Assembly: GCA_963668585.1 (NCBI GenBank)
Contig: OY764869.1
Coordinates: 1,397,292 to 1,461,291 of the forward strand
DNA length: 64,000 bases
DNA from: Dehalococcoidia bacterium
GTDB taxonomy: Bacteria; Chloroflexota; Dehalococcoidia; Lucifugimonadales; UBA3495
Direction of reading: 5' to 3'
Under the pieces are notes generated by a model that worked only from the letters and a program-made list of their open reading frames with translations, was not told the DNA's origin and made no database searches. The number at the start of each line of letters is the position of its first letter. The stretch's first letter is position 1. The position numbers and the translations under genes were made by a program. Positions 28,601-38,165 of the stretch are shown in pieces.

Positions 28601-30962
28601 GAAGTGGAAAGCCTGGTCCGGGCCGGTCGAGGAGATCGAGTCCCTGGAACGCAGGATGTATTCGCCGGACCTGAAGACGGTGATCACCGGGCTGGTTCCG
28701 GGCGAGAAGTACCAGGTCCGGGTGCGCGGCTGCAATGACGCGCGCTGCGGCGAGTGGACCATTCCGCAGCTGGCGGAGGCGGGGACGGCTATGGCGAACG
28801 CGGTGGCGGCGCAACCCCTCACGGCCAGCTTCGAGTCGGCGCCGGAGGCGCATGACGGGGAGAGCGGGTTCCAGGTGCGGATCGCCTTCAGCGAGGATGT
28901 GGAGATTACCCCCGAGGACATGCGCGACCACGCGCTGCTGGTCAGCGGCGGCACGGTGACCGGCGCCGAGGGGGTGGACGGTCGCCAGGACCTGTGGGAG
29001 CTGACGTTGGAGCCCTCGGGTACCGGTCCGGTGTCGATCCTGACGCCGCCGGGCCGGGCCTGCACGGAGACCGGGGCGCTGTGCACGGCGGACGGGCGGT
29101 CGCTGACGGATTCGCCGGCCCTCGTGGTGCCCGGCCCGCCGGCACGGCAGGCCAACAGCCCGGCCACGGGAGCGCCGGGCATCAGCGGCACGGCCCAGGT
29201 GGGCGAGACGTTGATGGCGGACACGTCGGGCATTGAGGACGATGACGGGTTGGCCAACGCGACCTACAGCTACCAGTGGGTCGCCAACAACGGAAACACC
29301 GATACGGACATCGCAGGTGCGACGGATGCCGCCTACACCCTGGTGTCCGACGACGCGGGGAGGACCGTCAAGGTGCGGGTCACCTTCACCGACGACGCGG
29401 GCAACCCGGAAGCCCTGACCAGCGCGGCCACGGATGAGGTTGACTTTGCCGTCCAGCAGCAGGGGGCGGCCAACAACCCCGCCACCGGCCTGCCCACCAT
29501 CAGCGGAACCGTCCGGGTGGGAGAGACGCTGACGGCGGACACCTCGGGCATTGCCGACGCGGACGGTCTGGACAATGCCGCCTTCAGCTACCAGTGGCTG
29601 GCCGACGCTGCGGACATCGCGGGGGCCACCGCATCGACCCACTCGTTGGTCGCTGCCGATGCGGGGAAGGCCATCAAGGTGCGGGTCAGCTTCACCGACG
29701 ACGACGGCAACCCTGAATCACTGACCAGCGCCGCCACAGACCCGGTGGAGGCAGCGCCTGAGCCGCCAGCCAAGCCCACGGGACTGTCCGCCACCGTGGT
29801 CTCCCACGACGCCGTGACCCTAACCTGGGACGACCCGCAGGACGACGCCATCACCGGCTACGTCATCCTGCGCCGCGACCGGGCGATCCATCCCATTGGG
29901 ACCTTCGTCACCCTGACCGGCGACACCGGCTCGGCGGACACCACCTACACCGACGCTACGGTCGAGCCGGAAAAGGAGTACGTGTTCCGCATCAAGGCCA
30001 TCAACGAGCAGGGGGAGGTGAGCGAGATGTCCCACTGGCTTCGGGCCGACACCCCGGCGGTGCCCGTGCCCGACCAGCCCACGGGACTGTCTGCCGCCGT
30101 CTCCCACGACGCCGTGACCCTCGCCTGGGACAACCCGCAGGACGATGCCGTCACCGGCTACGTGATCCTGCGGCGCGACCGGGCGATCCACCCGGTGGGG
30201 ACCTTCGTCACCCTGACCGGCGACAGCGGCTCGGCGGACACCACCTACACCGACGACACGGTCGAGCCGGAAAAGGAGTACGTGTTCCGCATCAAGGCCA
30301 TCAACGAGCACGGGGAAGTGAGCGAGATGTCCCACTGGGTCCGGGCCGACACCCCGGCAGCGCCCCAGTCCGACAGTCCGGCCACCGGGGAGCCAACCAT
30401 CACCGGCACGGCCCAGGTGCGGGAGACCCTCAGCGTGGACACCTCGGACATCGCGGACGCTGACGGGTTGGACAACGCCGTCTTTGCCTACCAGTGGCTG
30501 GGCGACGACGCTGAAATCGGCGGGGCCACCGACTCGACCTACACCCTGGTTGACGACGACGAGGGCCAGACCGTCAAGGTGCGGGTCACTTTCACCGACG
30601 ACCTGGGGAACGAGACCACGCTGACCAGCGCGGCCACGGACGCGGTGGAGGCCAAGCGGAACACGGCCGCTACGGGGCGACCGACCATCAGCGGGACTGT
30701 TCGGGTGGAGGAGACGCTGACGGCCGATACCTCGGGGATCGAAGACGCCGACGGGTTGACCAACGTCTCCTACAAATACCAGTGGGTTGTGACTGACGGC
30801 GGTGCGTATATCGACATCTCGGGCGAGACGGGAGCGACCTACACCCTGGTGTCTGCCGACCGCGGTTTGCGCATCCTGGTGCGGGTGTCCTTCACCGACG
30901 ACGCCGGCAATCGGGAGAAGCTGACCAGTGCGGTGACTGAGGTGGTGGCGGCCGCGCCCTAG
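25602..30962 (+). CDS. giant secreted multidomain protein, 1786 aa (beta-sandwich modules, cadherin-like beta-sandwich, FN3, about five ~95-aa Ig-like repeats)
   Basis: Signal peptide MRLRLLAGLGLAVALLAFLATLAALPAPPLQAQA. FN3 (TWD.P..D..TGY). Repeats ISGT.(Q/R)VGETL.ADTSGI.D.DGL...Y.YQW. Confidence 0.85.
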   Translation: MRLRLLAGLGLAVALLAFLATLAALPAPPLQAQALPAATEVPNGWSLKPDGLGTGDKFRLLFLSSTVRTAQATDIADYNTWIQNRAAAGHDDIQAYSQSFRVVGCTADVDARDNTATNTNIDGEGVPIYWLNGNKAADDNADFYDGDWDDEVGDRDESGTDGLNTDLDDNRPWTGCGHDGTEGFRSLDNSSRALGAAVVRYGYPKHPDAFYGPLSGFNDLATFPHPMYGLSQVFEVGPPEVLVSNTHLSPLTNSSRLFQAQSFETGPNADGYTVSEVDVWLGNASGRSTSVSIKENNASDEPGDLVATLANPTSLTDDSPNTFTAPDVITLAANTRYWITVNEGISSNQASVRITELYAEVGETGWSIGNGRLQEVFGIWRSNPETLLIAIRGSGVGVEFSTNATLSGLALEVADGGETIAVSPTSDAYVYTAVVANPTGAVKLTATKHHDGATVAITNDDDPATPGEAELDLGVGFNTLTVTVTAEDADITLTYTVTVERYIPEILVNNTRLGGRTGTVEDVLAQSFETGANPEGYTVSEIDIRLGDVSGRSTSVRIRKNNASNRPGDPVATLTNPGTLTAGSLNTFTAPAGTTLDRNTTYWITTNEGISPSSQRARFFRDDRNEDLGEPGWSIGDDYLWRHAETESCKNDNTSLLIEIRGIYGVLLPAPRLPAVDDPQAIWLATLTVGNPGSGQQGYDGAHCGRGGLSDTAFTYLGDNTPVPPGGTPPYTIDLMAYNRALGNFELSLDRRFMQDSAANIVVDVDGTQLRFSNATYAASSNVLPPHTYSWTMTDPSWPVGEEVRVKILVLKDTDGPVDLMATTTLSPHTTPTGWKYETRNLTLTWTAPTSGGTVTGYRLEYQPDPAFQWKTLVGNQSEMSYTQSGKLRDVVDYYRVAALRSGESPSYSDIVRVQVPPETTKVPQQVGYMEAGTAPCSGVKVAWNRAYTGIGKSGDGAGSGVRARGYQVQYAVDDGKYPHYVVYGQDWSTVTLPNWLNGLKWKAWSGPVEEIESLERRMYSPDLKTVITGLVPGEKYQVRVRGCNDARCGEWTIPQLAEAGTAMANAVAAQPLTASFESAPEAHDGESGFQVRIAFSEDVEITPEDMRDHALLVSGGTVTGAEGVDGRQDLWELTLEPSGTGPVSILTPPGRACTETGALCTADGRSLTDSPALVVPGPPARQANSPATGAPGISGTAQVGETLMADTSGIEDDDGLANATYSYQWVANNGNTDTDIAGATDAAYTLVSDDAGRTVKVRVTFTDDAGNPEALTSAATDEVDFAVQQQGAANNPATGLPTISGTVRVGETLTADTSGIADADGLDNAAFSYQWLADAADIAGATASTHSLVAADAGKAIKVRVSFTDDDGNPESLTSAATDPVEAAPEPPAKPTGLSATVVSHDAVTLTWDDPQDDAITGYVILRRDRAIHPIGTFVTLTGDTGSADTTYTDATVEPEKEYVFRIKAINEQGEVSEMSHWLRADTPAVPVPDQPTGLSAAVSHDAVTLAWDNPQDDAVTGYVILRRDRAIHPVGTFVTLTGDSGSADTTYTDDTVEPEKEYVFRIKAINEHGEVSEMSHWVRADTPAAPQSDSPATGEPTITGTAQVRETLSVDTSDIADADGLDNAVFAYQWLGDDAEIGGATDSTYTLVDDDEGQTVKVRVTFTDDLGNETTLTSAATDAVEAKRNTAATGRPTISGTVRVEETLTADTSGIEDADGLTNVSYKYQWVVTDGGAYIDISGETGATYTLVSADRGLRILVRVSFTDDAGNREKLTSAVTEVVAAAP
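29765..30365 (+). repeat. two tandem 300-bp FN3-encoding units, ~90-97% identical
   Basis: 29801-30060 and 30101-30360 align with an exact 300-nt offset. Confidence 0.9.
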
Positions 30963-30965
30963 CCA

Positions 30966-31021
30966 AGCATTCCCCCCCACCGGCCGCTCCCCTAATGACG
31001 CGCCGGTGTGGGAGGAATGCT
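30966..31021 (+). terminator. long imperfect hairpin after the giant gene, no T-tract
   Basis: AGCATTCCCCCCCACCGGC ... GCCGGTGTGGGAGGAATGCT. Confidence 0.35.
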
Positions 31022-31132
31022 GACCGCCGACACTTCGGACCTATCCGACCCGGAAAGGGATAAACGGAAGTTCTGTAAATGACGGGATACTTCAGGAAGA
31101 CCAGGAACCCCACCTTTTTTAGAGGCACATTG

Positions 31133-32671
31133 ATGAAGAACCTTTGGACGCTCGGATTTGCAGTAATGGCACTTGCCCTGTTGGTTGTCCCCGGCACGGC
31201 TGGGACTGTCGCTGCGCAGGAAGAGCAGCGGATGCCGTCCGTTCCCACGAACGTGGAAATTGAGCTAACTCACAGTGGAAAGGGTACGGGTCAAGCGAGG
31301 AAGTTCGCTGCGATTGTATCGTGGGAATACGACCCCAGTGACGATGGGTACGCAATTTATTCATCGGAACTGCTGTCGAACGGAACAACTGGTGCCCCCG
31401 TGTGCATGCTGGCCGGAGGCTATGACAAGAGCCAGTCCAAGAAGACGGTGTTAGCTGTATTTGAACAGTTCGGCAACAGACAGCTTTATTGGGGTCCGGA
31501 CAAGGAATACAAACTTCTGATCCACTCGGTGAATGAAAAAGGCGATGGCATCACCCCAGCAGAGGACCTGTCCTGCAATCCCGAAGATATTTACCCAGAT
31601 GGGGATAAGTGGGGATTCGTGGATGCCAGTTACGCACAATTGGACGAGCATGCACCGTCGGACTATGGCCTGGACGATTGGCCTCCGGGATTTACGGACC
31701 CGGACGAAGAAACCAAGAAACATGCGGGGGTTGTTCGTCTCAGTATTTCTGACGCATACACGTCAGATGCGCTGTCGGTCCCGGAACCAGAAGTTACTCC
31801 TCTGGACGAGCTCCCGCCGATAACCGGCCTAAAAACAGTAGGAACTCCTCAGCATCGATCCGTCCGACTCACGTGGGATGAAGCATCAGAAGATGATGGG
31901 GTCGAGGGGTACGTGATCCAGAAGGAATGGTTAGGTACTCTGCCGGAAACAGATAATCCCGGCTATGAGTCCTCTGCCCAAGGGAAACAGACCGTTTGCG
32001 TACTATGGACACATGGTGTCATCAGGAATTCTGTGCACGACGTATTCGTTGGCGCATATGAAGACACAGGCGATCAGAATACGTACCGATACTCGGTGTA
32101 TCCAATCAATTCCAATTACGACGTCCATGGTGGCAACAATACCCGTCGCACGAAGTGTGATGGGGCGAACAACACGCCTGATTCTCCGTCAGCCGCCATC
32201 GACGTCACATTGGACCCAATTTCGGCTCATGTAGTCCGAGATGGCGGAGTGATGTCGCTGTCATCTCCGGCACGCCCCAGGAATATAGCACTGTCCACGA
32301 GGACCCGCGGACCTGGACCAGCAAGGGTGGTGCTATATTGGAACGGGAACGAGTTTGATCCGGGGTACGTTGTCCGATATCGGGAGAGCGATGCAACCGA
32401 CTGGATAGATGCTCCGGCTCCCACGAATGCGCATGGTGAACTCGTCCCAACCGTTGCCACCAATTGGCCCCGCATGTGGGGTGTCATAGGACCGAATCCG
32501 GCGGGATTCAGTTATCAAAAGTATAAAGAAGCCCATAAAGCGCGGCGTTTCCGATTGCCACGTAGCACGCGTTACGACTTCCAAGTGGGAACATGTCATA
32601 CCCTCGCATGCGAGGAAGGGAAGATAAGCTGGGCGCCGGTGAGCTCAATCACAACGGCCTCGGGCAACTAA
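31133..32671 (+). CDS. secreted FN3-domain protein, 512 aa, in a lower-GC segment
   Basis: Signal peptide MKNLWTLGFAVMALALLVVPGTAGTVAAQ; FN3-like SVRLTWDEASEDDGVEGYVIQKEW. Confidence 0.7.
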   Translation: MKNLWTLGFAVMALALLVVPGTAGTVAAQEEQRMPSVPTNVEIELTHSGKGTGQARKFAAIVSWEYDPSDDGYAIYSSELLSNGTTGAPVCMLAGGYDKSQSKKTVLAVFEQFGNRQLYWGPDKEYKLLIHSVNEKGDGITPAEDLSCNPEDIYPDGDKWGFVDASYAQLDEHAPSDYGLDDWPPGFTDPDEETKKHAGVVRLSISDAYTSDALSVPEPEVTPLDELPPITGLKTVGTPQHRSVRLTWDEASEDDGVEGYVIQKEWLGTLPETDNPGYESSAQGKQTVCVLWTHGVIRNSVHDVFVGAYEDTGDQNTYRYSVYPINSNYDVHGGNNTRRTKCDGANNTPDSPSAAIDVTLDPISAHVVRDGGVMSLSSPARPRNIALSTRTRGPGPARVVLYWNGNEFDPGYVVRYRESDATDWIDAPAPTNAHGELVPTVATNWPRMWGVIGPNPAGFSYQKYKEAHKARRFRLPRSTRYDFQVGTCHTLACEEGKISWAPVSSITTASGN

Positions 32672-33536
32672 AGACCAGCAGAGCCCTGGTTCATCCAAGG
32701 CTCTGCCGACCGGCGAGCGGTGTCCCGGTTCCAGCAGGATCTCAACCAGCTCCCGTCGTCGAAGCCGGCCGCGGCGCAGGAGACGAGTTCCGAGTGGCGG
32801 GCGGTGCACAGGCGGTTGCAGTCGGTGTCGCCCTGGTCGGATAGTATGAGGCGCACGGCGCCGGCCACCTCGGCGGTGCGGGGCCTGGAGGTGTAGGCGG
32901 CTCCGGGCGGGCTGCAGGCGTTCTGCGATGATGACGCCGGCAATGTAGCGGGGAAAGTTGCCGCGCTGCAGGTCCCAGAAGGCCATGGTGCCGTCCAGCA
33001 GGGCCAGTACCGGCCGGTCGTCGGGCAGGCTTTCGACGGCGTCGGCCAGGCGTTCCACCTCATGCACGGTGTCAAGCGCGCCGAGCAGCGTCCGGCGATC
33101 AGGGTCTCGCCGGACGCGCCTTCGGGGGGACGGAGATACAGGTCGGCGTCGTCCACGGCCAGGGTGGGCTCGCTGAACAGCTGGCAGCCGAAGTCCTCGC
33201 CGTAAGTGAGGATGCGCCGGCCAGGTTGATCAGGTGGCAGCGCAGGAGCAGGTGGCGGTCGACGTCGATGTGGGAACCTTCCACGGACAGCGCGGTCCAG
33301 TCCTGGGGAGCCTGGGGCGGCGTTCGGCTGCCCAGCAGGCCATCGGAGCTGGTGCAGGCGGAGATGTAGGGCCGACAGCCCACCGCGGCGGTGCGAAAGG
33401 CCGCCTCGTCGGTTGAGACCTTGAAAGCCCGGTCGATGGCGTCGTCCAGGCGCTGATGGCGGCTCTGGATGCCATGGGTGACGCCGTCCAGCGCGGACAG
33501 CAGCTGGTATGTGGTGAGGCCCAGGTCCAGCGCCAT
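32668..33536 (-). pseudogene. NurA-like nuclease gene with at least 3 frameshifts
   Basis: Pieces in three frames read consecutively (SVEGSHIDVDRH...LINL | GRRILTYGEDFG... | PVLALLDGTMAFWDLQRGNFP... | YTSRPRTAEVAGAVRLIL). Family call is from memory only. Confidence 0.4.
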
Positions 33537-33558
33537 GCTGATTGGTGACAGCGTCCGG

Positions 33559-33723
33559 TCAGGGAAGGACGCCGATGCGGAACTTCTTCGTGCCGCACTC
33601 CGCGCAGATGGACCGGGTGGCGGCGCGGCCGTTCTTCATGGTCACGGCCTCGATGTCCTTGGACGCGGTCTTGGCCTTGCACTTCACGCAGTAAATCTCA
33701 ATGCTCGCGGATGGGGTGGTCAT
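33559..33723 (-). CDS. DUF5679-type small zinc-ribbon protein, 54 aa
   Basis: IEIYCVKCKAKT...VTMKNGRAATRSICAECGTKKFRI. Confidence 0.7.
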   Translation of the reverse strand: MTTPSASIEIYCVKCKAKTASKDIEAVTMKNGRAATRSICAECGTKKFRIGVLP

Positions 33724-34168
33724 CGTCGGAAACTGCTGGTCCGGGAAAGGTGGTGGCAAGTGTACTTCACGGCCGTGGCTGCCCGGCTGATCGGTGGTCA
33801 GCGGTTCACAATTTCCGGACACCTGCCCCTTACGCCGGCGTGGGGAGGGCCGATACAATGGTCTTACCGCTGCGGGCGGTGCGGCCGACGAACCCCGCCG
33901 TCTGCCCGCAGTGGACTACCGGACCAGGTTGCAGCTCCCCCTGCGGTGGCACGCCACCGAGCGCACGGTGGTCTGTGCGGGGTCCATCTTTGGCGTGAGG
34001 CAGCCGGTGGGGCTCGCTGGAGGTGAGGGCTCGTTGAAACCGGCGGTGGCCAACGTGACCTTTTTCCACCCCTGGGCGAAGTGCCGGCGCAGCCTGCGGG
34101 TCACGAACGGGATGCCCCATCCTGACCTGATCCGGTACCCACGCCCTGTTCGCACGAGAGCCGACTTC

Positions 34169-35014
34169 ATGAGCCAGCAGCCCCGGGGCGTCCTGATCGC
34201 CATCGACTGGGAGAACATCAGACGCGGCGCGCAGCTCTACCAGCGCAACGTCAGGCCGGCCGAACTGTGCCGGGCCATGCAGGGCGTGGGCCGCATCTTC
34301 GGAGAGGTGGCGGGCGGCAAGGCCTTCGGCGACTGGTCGCTTCAGGCCGATGATGGGCGGGAGTTCACCGAGCAGGACATCGTCCTGTATCACGCTCCCC
34401 GCACCAGCACGGGCAAGGACCGTTCCGATCCGGCCATCCTGCTGGAGGTCTACGAGTGGATCAGGGACCGTGACGACTGCGGCACGGTGATCCTGGGCTC
34501 CGGCGACGCCGGCTACCAGGTCCTGGTGGACCGGGCCAGGCTCCACGGGCGACGCATCGTGGTGTGCGCCTTCAGTCGGTCGGTGTCTACTGACATGCTG
34601 GCCACGGCGCCGTTCTTCCCGCTTGAGGCCGAGCTGGGCATTCAGACGGCGGAGCACGGCGACGTCAACGTGACACTCTCCGCGGTCCCGGAGGTCGACG
34701 ACGCGGGCACTGACGACGTGCTGGAGCGGTTCGTCCGGGAGATACACAACCTGGAAGGCCGGCTGAACTTCGTGGGGTACAGCATGCTGTGCAACCAGTG
34801 GATGCTGGAGTGGGGGATGGGGTGGAACGAGCACGAGTGCCGGAGTCTGATTGACCAATACCAGGAGGCGGGAATCGTGGAACGCCACGAGGTGGTCAAC
34901 CGCAACAACCCCGATTGGCCCACGTCCGCCATACGGCTGGTGCGCACCAGCGAGGCGGTGCGCCGTGCGCTGGGGTTCAGCGACGGGTCTGTATCAAACC
35001 TAGTCCCGGCGTGA
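34169..35014 (+). CDS. NYN (LabA-like) domain protein
   Basis: VLIAIDWENIRRGA...GKDRSDPAILLEVYEW...VILGSGDAGYQVLVDRARLHGRRIVV. Confidence 0.8.
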   Translation: MSQQPRGVLIAIDWENIRRGAQLYQRNVRPAELCRAMQGVGRIFGEVAGGKAFGDWSLQADDGREFTEQDIVLYHAPRTSTGKDRSDPAILLEVYEWIRDRDDCGTVILGSGDAGYQVLVDRARLHGRRIVVCAFSRSVSTDMLATAPFFPLEAELGIQTAEHGDVNVTLSAVPEVDDAGTDDVLERFVREIHNLEGRLNFVGYSMLCNQWMLEWGMGWNEHECRSLIDQYQEAGIVERHEVVNRNNPDWPTSAIRLVRTSEAVRRALGFSDGSVSNLVPA

Positions 35015-35673
35015 TGACGGCGCCGGGACGGGGAGTCATCTCGAGGGTCTCCCCGGTCTCGTTGTGGGTGCGGATGGCGCTTACGGTGGTGTTGCGGGCG
35101 TAGGTCATGGCGTTCACTGGTGCGGGCCTGGCGCCGATTGTGGGCCGGCAGCGGGTCCAGGAGACGTTGAACCGGTCGGCAATCCAGTAATGCTGAATAT
35201 CCATGACGGCAGAATACACCGAGACGAACTCTGCCAAACGGGACCAGCGTCAGCAGTTTCGCCCCGAATGACGGCGAGGGCAAAAGGCCAAAAGTGGCAG
35301 AGTTTGGGGCAAAGTCTGCCACTACCATAGCGATAATTGTTCATGCTCGTTTCCCGGGTGAGACTGGGGCCACGATATGACATCACGCAAATTGCCACCC
35401 GTCGTATGATGGCGCACGTCAACGCTGAAGCCGTGGGTAACAAACGGTTGTCCCCGATCAGACCAAACATGCCCGTCAGGGAAGTTCGACAAATCAATCA
35501 GTCGCGCTGACGACGGTTTACATGCACCACAGCCGACTCGGCGGAGTGGCGAAATCGCCTCGTTGAAACCCATGGCGGTGGGCAAGCACGGGCGGCGCAG
35601 GTTATAGTCAACGGCGCGAAATCGATGGTGGCCAATCCGCCGTCGTCCGGCGCAGCAGAGCGGAGCGAGCAGC

Positions 35674-36183
35674 ATGGTGTGGATACAAGTGGAGGTGGTG
35701 GGTGATGCCGACGAGGTGATCCGGTTCTTGGGCCACCTGGGCGGACAGGGCGGAGGCGCCGTCCGTATTCCCGATGGGCGGCAGATCATCGCTCCAGAAC
35801 CGGCGCCGGTGGCAGCTTCTCCAGCGCCACCGTCTGGCGGCTGGACGGAGGAGTTGGCCGCCGACTTCACGGCGAGCCTTGATCCCGTGGCGAGGCGTGT
35901 GATGCTCCACGTCTGGCGGGCCGGTGCGGCGGGTATCCATCGGAGCGCACTGTGCCGGCGTGCGGGGCTGACGCCGACGGAGCTGATCTCGTCGCTGATG
36001 CGGATAGGCCACGCGCTGCGGAGGTTCCAGCGGGAACGGGGAATGGCGCTGCCCCGGCCGATGGCGGCCAACAGTCCGCTGCAGAGCTACTCCGTCGATC
36101 CCGACTTCGCCGCAGTGGCGGCGTCCCAGATGTTTGGCGAGAGGATGGCGGACCAGCTGTCCAGTGGCTTGAGGCGCCCCTGA
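35674..36183 (+). CDS. hypothetical protein
   Basis: ORF with protein-like composition; no family recognised. Confidence 0.35.
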   Translation: MVWIQVEVVGDADEVIRFLGHLGGQGGGAVRIPDGRQIIAPEPAPVAASPAPPSGGWTEELAADFTASLDPVARRVMLHVWRAGAAGIHRSALCRRAGLTPTELISSLMRIGHALRRFQRERGMALPRPMAANSPLQSYSVDPDFAAVAASQMFGERMADQLSSGLRRP

Positions 36184-36186
36184 CGA

Positions 36187-36489
36187 ATGCGCATTATTGG
36201 GCGCCTGGAAGAACCAACCGTGCAGCGGTTGTTGAACACGCTGCTGATGGTTGTCTGCCTGTGGACCCTGCTGGCCTGTGGGATGGACTCCGACGACAGG
36301 ATGGTGCATCGATACGCTCGATGCCTGGCGGACACCAACACCACCCTGCACCGGCTGACCGTGCCCAGCGCCAGCGGGACTGTTGCGCTGAGCGCCCAGG
36401 CGGTGGAGGAACGGTTGAGTGGTCAACTGGAGCAGGGCGAGATCACGATGGCGAAGATCAGGGCCGACTACGCTCGCCACTGCGAATAG
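36187..36489 (+). CDS. putative lipoprotein, 100 aa
   Basis: Lipobox-like LLACG after a hydrophobic N-terminus. Confidence 0.4.
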   Translation: MRIIGRLEEPTVQRLLNTLLMVVCLWTLLACGMDSDDRMVHRYARCLADTNTTLHRLTVPSASGTVALSAQAVEERLSGQLEQGEITMAKIRADYARHCE

Positions 36490-36554
36490 GAGACCAGACG
36501 TGTTCTGGTGTTTTTTCTGAATTTTGCATGACGTCCAGTTGTTCAGGTAAGGCA

Positions 36555-37762
36555 ATGAAATCAGTCAGGGTCCTGGTTTCCGGTCTCACCCCCTGGTTAG
36601 TTGGCGCGGCGTTGACGGTTGCCGTCGCCGGGATAGCGTGTCTGGGCGCGACCGACCAGGGTGAATGAGACCCAGGCATTTCCGATGACCAAATCCTGTT
36701 TGGGCAATCGGCGGCTTTCAGGGGCCCGGCCAAGGAATTGGGCCGGGAGATGCGCCTGGGCATTCTGGCTGCGTTTCACGAGGCCAACCAAGCAGGGGGG
36801 GTCATGGTCGTGAATTGCAGCTCAAAACTATCGACGACGCCTACGACCCCGACCTTGCGTTTCACACCACTCAGTGGCTCATTGAGAAAGTCCAGGTATT
36901 CGCCCTGATCGGAGCGGTCGGCACGCCCACATCTCGGGTCGCATCCCCGGTTGCCCACGCCGTCGGCATACCCTTTCTGGCCCCGTTCACCAGAGCGGAA
37001 TTCTTGCGTGACCCGGCGTTGGACAACGTGCTCAACCTCCGCGCCTCTTACCACCAGGAAACGGAGGAGATGGTCGCTCGGCTGACCGAGGATTTGGGAC
37101 TAACCCGAGTCGCGGTGTTCTATCAGGACGATGCTTTCGGCAGGGACGGGCTGGAGGGCGTGCGGCTGGCGTTGGAACGTCGCGGCCGGGAACCCATCGG
37201 TTCGTGGCACTACCAGCGGACCACCGGCGCAGCAAGGCAGGCGGCAACCAAAATCGTTGTGGCCAACCCCCAAGCAGTCATCATGATTGGTACGCAGGAG
37301 GCGGTCGCCACGGCGATGAAGTTGGTGAAACGAGACATAAATCCGGTGTTCATGACCGTCTCTTTTGCAGGTGGCAACGCCCTGGCCAAGGCACTCGGGG
37401 ACGATGGGCCCGGCGTTTACATCACTCAGGTGGTGCCCTTTCCAGAGGACGCAGGCGTCCCGGTGGTCGCCAGGTACCAGGCAGCCCTTTCCCGTTACGA
37501 TCCCCGCGCAGAGCTCGGGTTTGTTTCCTTGGAAGGTTACCTGGCCGGTCGCCTGGCCATCTTCGGCCTTGAGGCCTGTGGTCGAGAGCTGACCCGTGAT
37601 TGCTTCATTGAGGCACTTCATACATCTGGGGTCATCGATGTCGATGGTTTCCGGCTGAAATACGGTCCCGAAGACAACCAGGGGTCGGACGCAGTGTTCC
37701 TCACCGTGATTGTTGAGGACGGGAATCTCCACCAAGTGGATGAACTGGGGGACGGTTACTGA
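36555..37762 (+). pseudogene. LivJ-like (PBP type 1) ABC substrate-binding protein with an in-frame TGA and a G7-tract frameshift
   Basis: Signal peptide, then TGA at 36666-36668 in frame, then ISDDQILFGQSAAFRGPAKELG...QAGG. The frame shifts at G7 36795-36801 into ORF 36815-37762 (ELQLKTIDDAYDP...). Confidence 0.75.
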
Positions 37763-38165
37763 TGCGTCCATTCCGCATTCCCAGCCGTTGTTTCAGTGTG
37801 AGATGGCCGCATCAGCGGTCGTCATCGCGGCAATGACCGCATCAGCGCCGCGGGATGCACGGTACTCACGTACTCCACGTCGTGCCGGTTCCACCGCTGA
37901 TCCCGAAAGGGATTTTTGGAGGTTTTCATAGCGAATGGATCCTTTACGCAGAGATGAATGGCGCAGGAGGAACGCAATGCCCGCCCCGATCTACTCACCA
38001 ATCCGGCGGTTTGCTGGCCGGAACAGCCCCGCCGCATCATCTCCTATCGATCAGTCAGTTTGCGGAAACCGGACGTCGCAATCGGGATGATGCGGTGCGT
38101 TCCGCCATCGACACCTTGCCAAAGCAAGGCCGGCAAGTGAGACCGGCAGGCCGGAGAATCTCGGC

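Noticed and set aside
27519-29642. 707-aa minus-strand ORF (and 29820-30980, 386 aa)
   Set aside because: Arg/Gly/Pro-rich antisense ORFs are typical of high-GC coding DNA. The plus strand encodes a coherent multidomain protein with recognisable FN3 and Ig-like repeats.
33830-34888. 352-aa minus-strand ORF
   Set aside because: It is antisense to the NYN gene, which has clear family motifs.
34977-35572. Two short minus-strand ORFs (about 75 and 83 aa: MDIQHYWIADRF... and MGFNEAISPLRRVGCGAC...)
   Set aside because: They have no RBS and no recognisable family. One overlaps the NYN 3' end. Support is insufficient to annotate them.
36666-36668. In-frame TGA as selenocysteine or an alternative genetic code
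   Set aside because: Many genes in the window terminate normally at TGA. No SECIS-like hairpin is evident. The same gene carries a second, frameshift lesion, so a pseudogene is more parsimonious.
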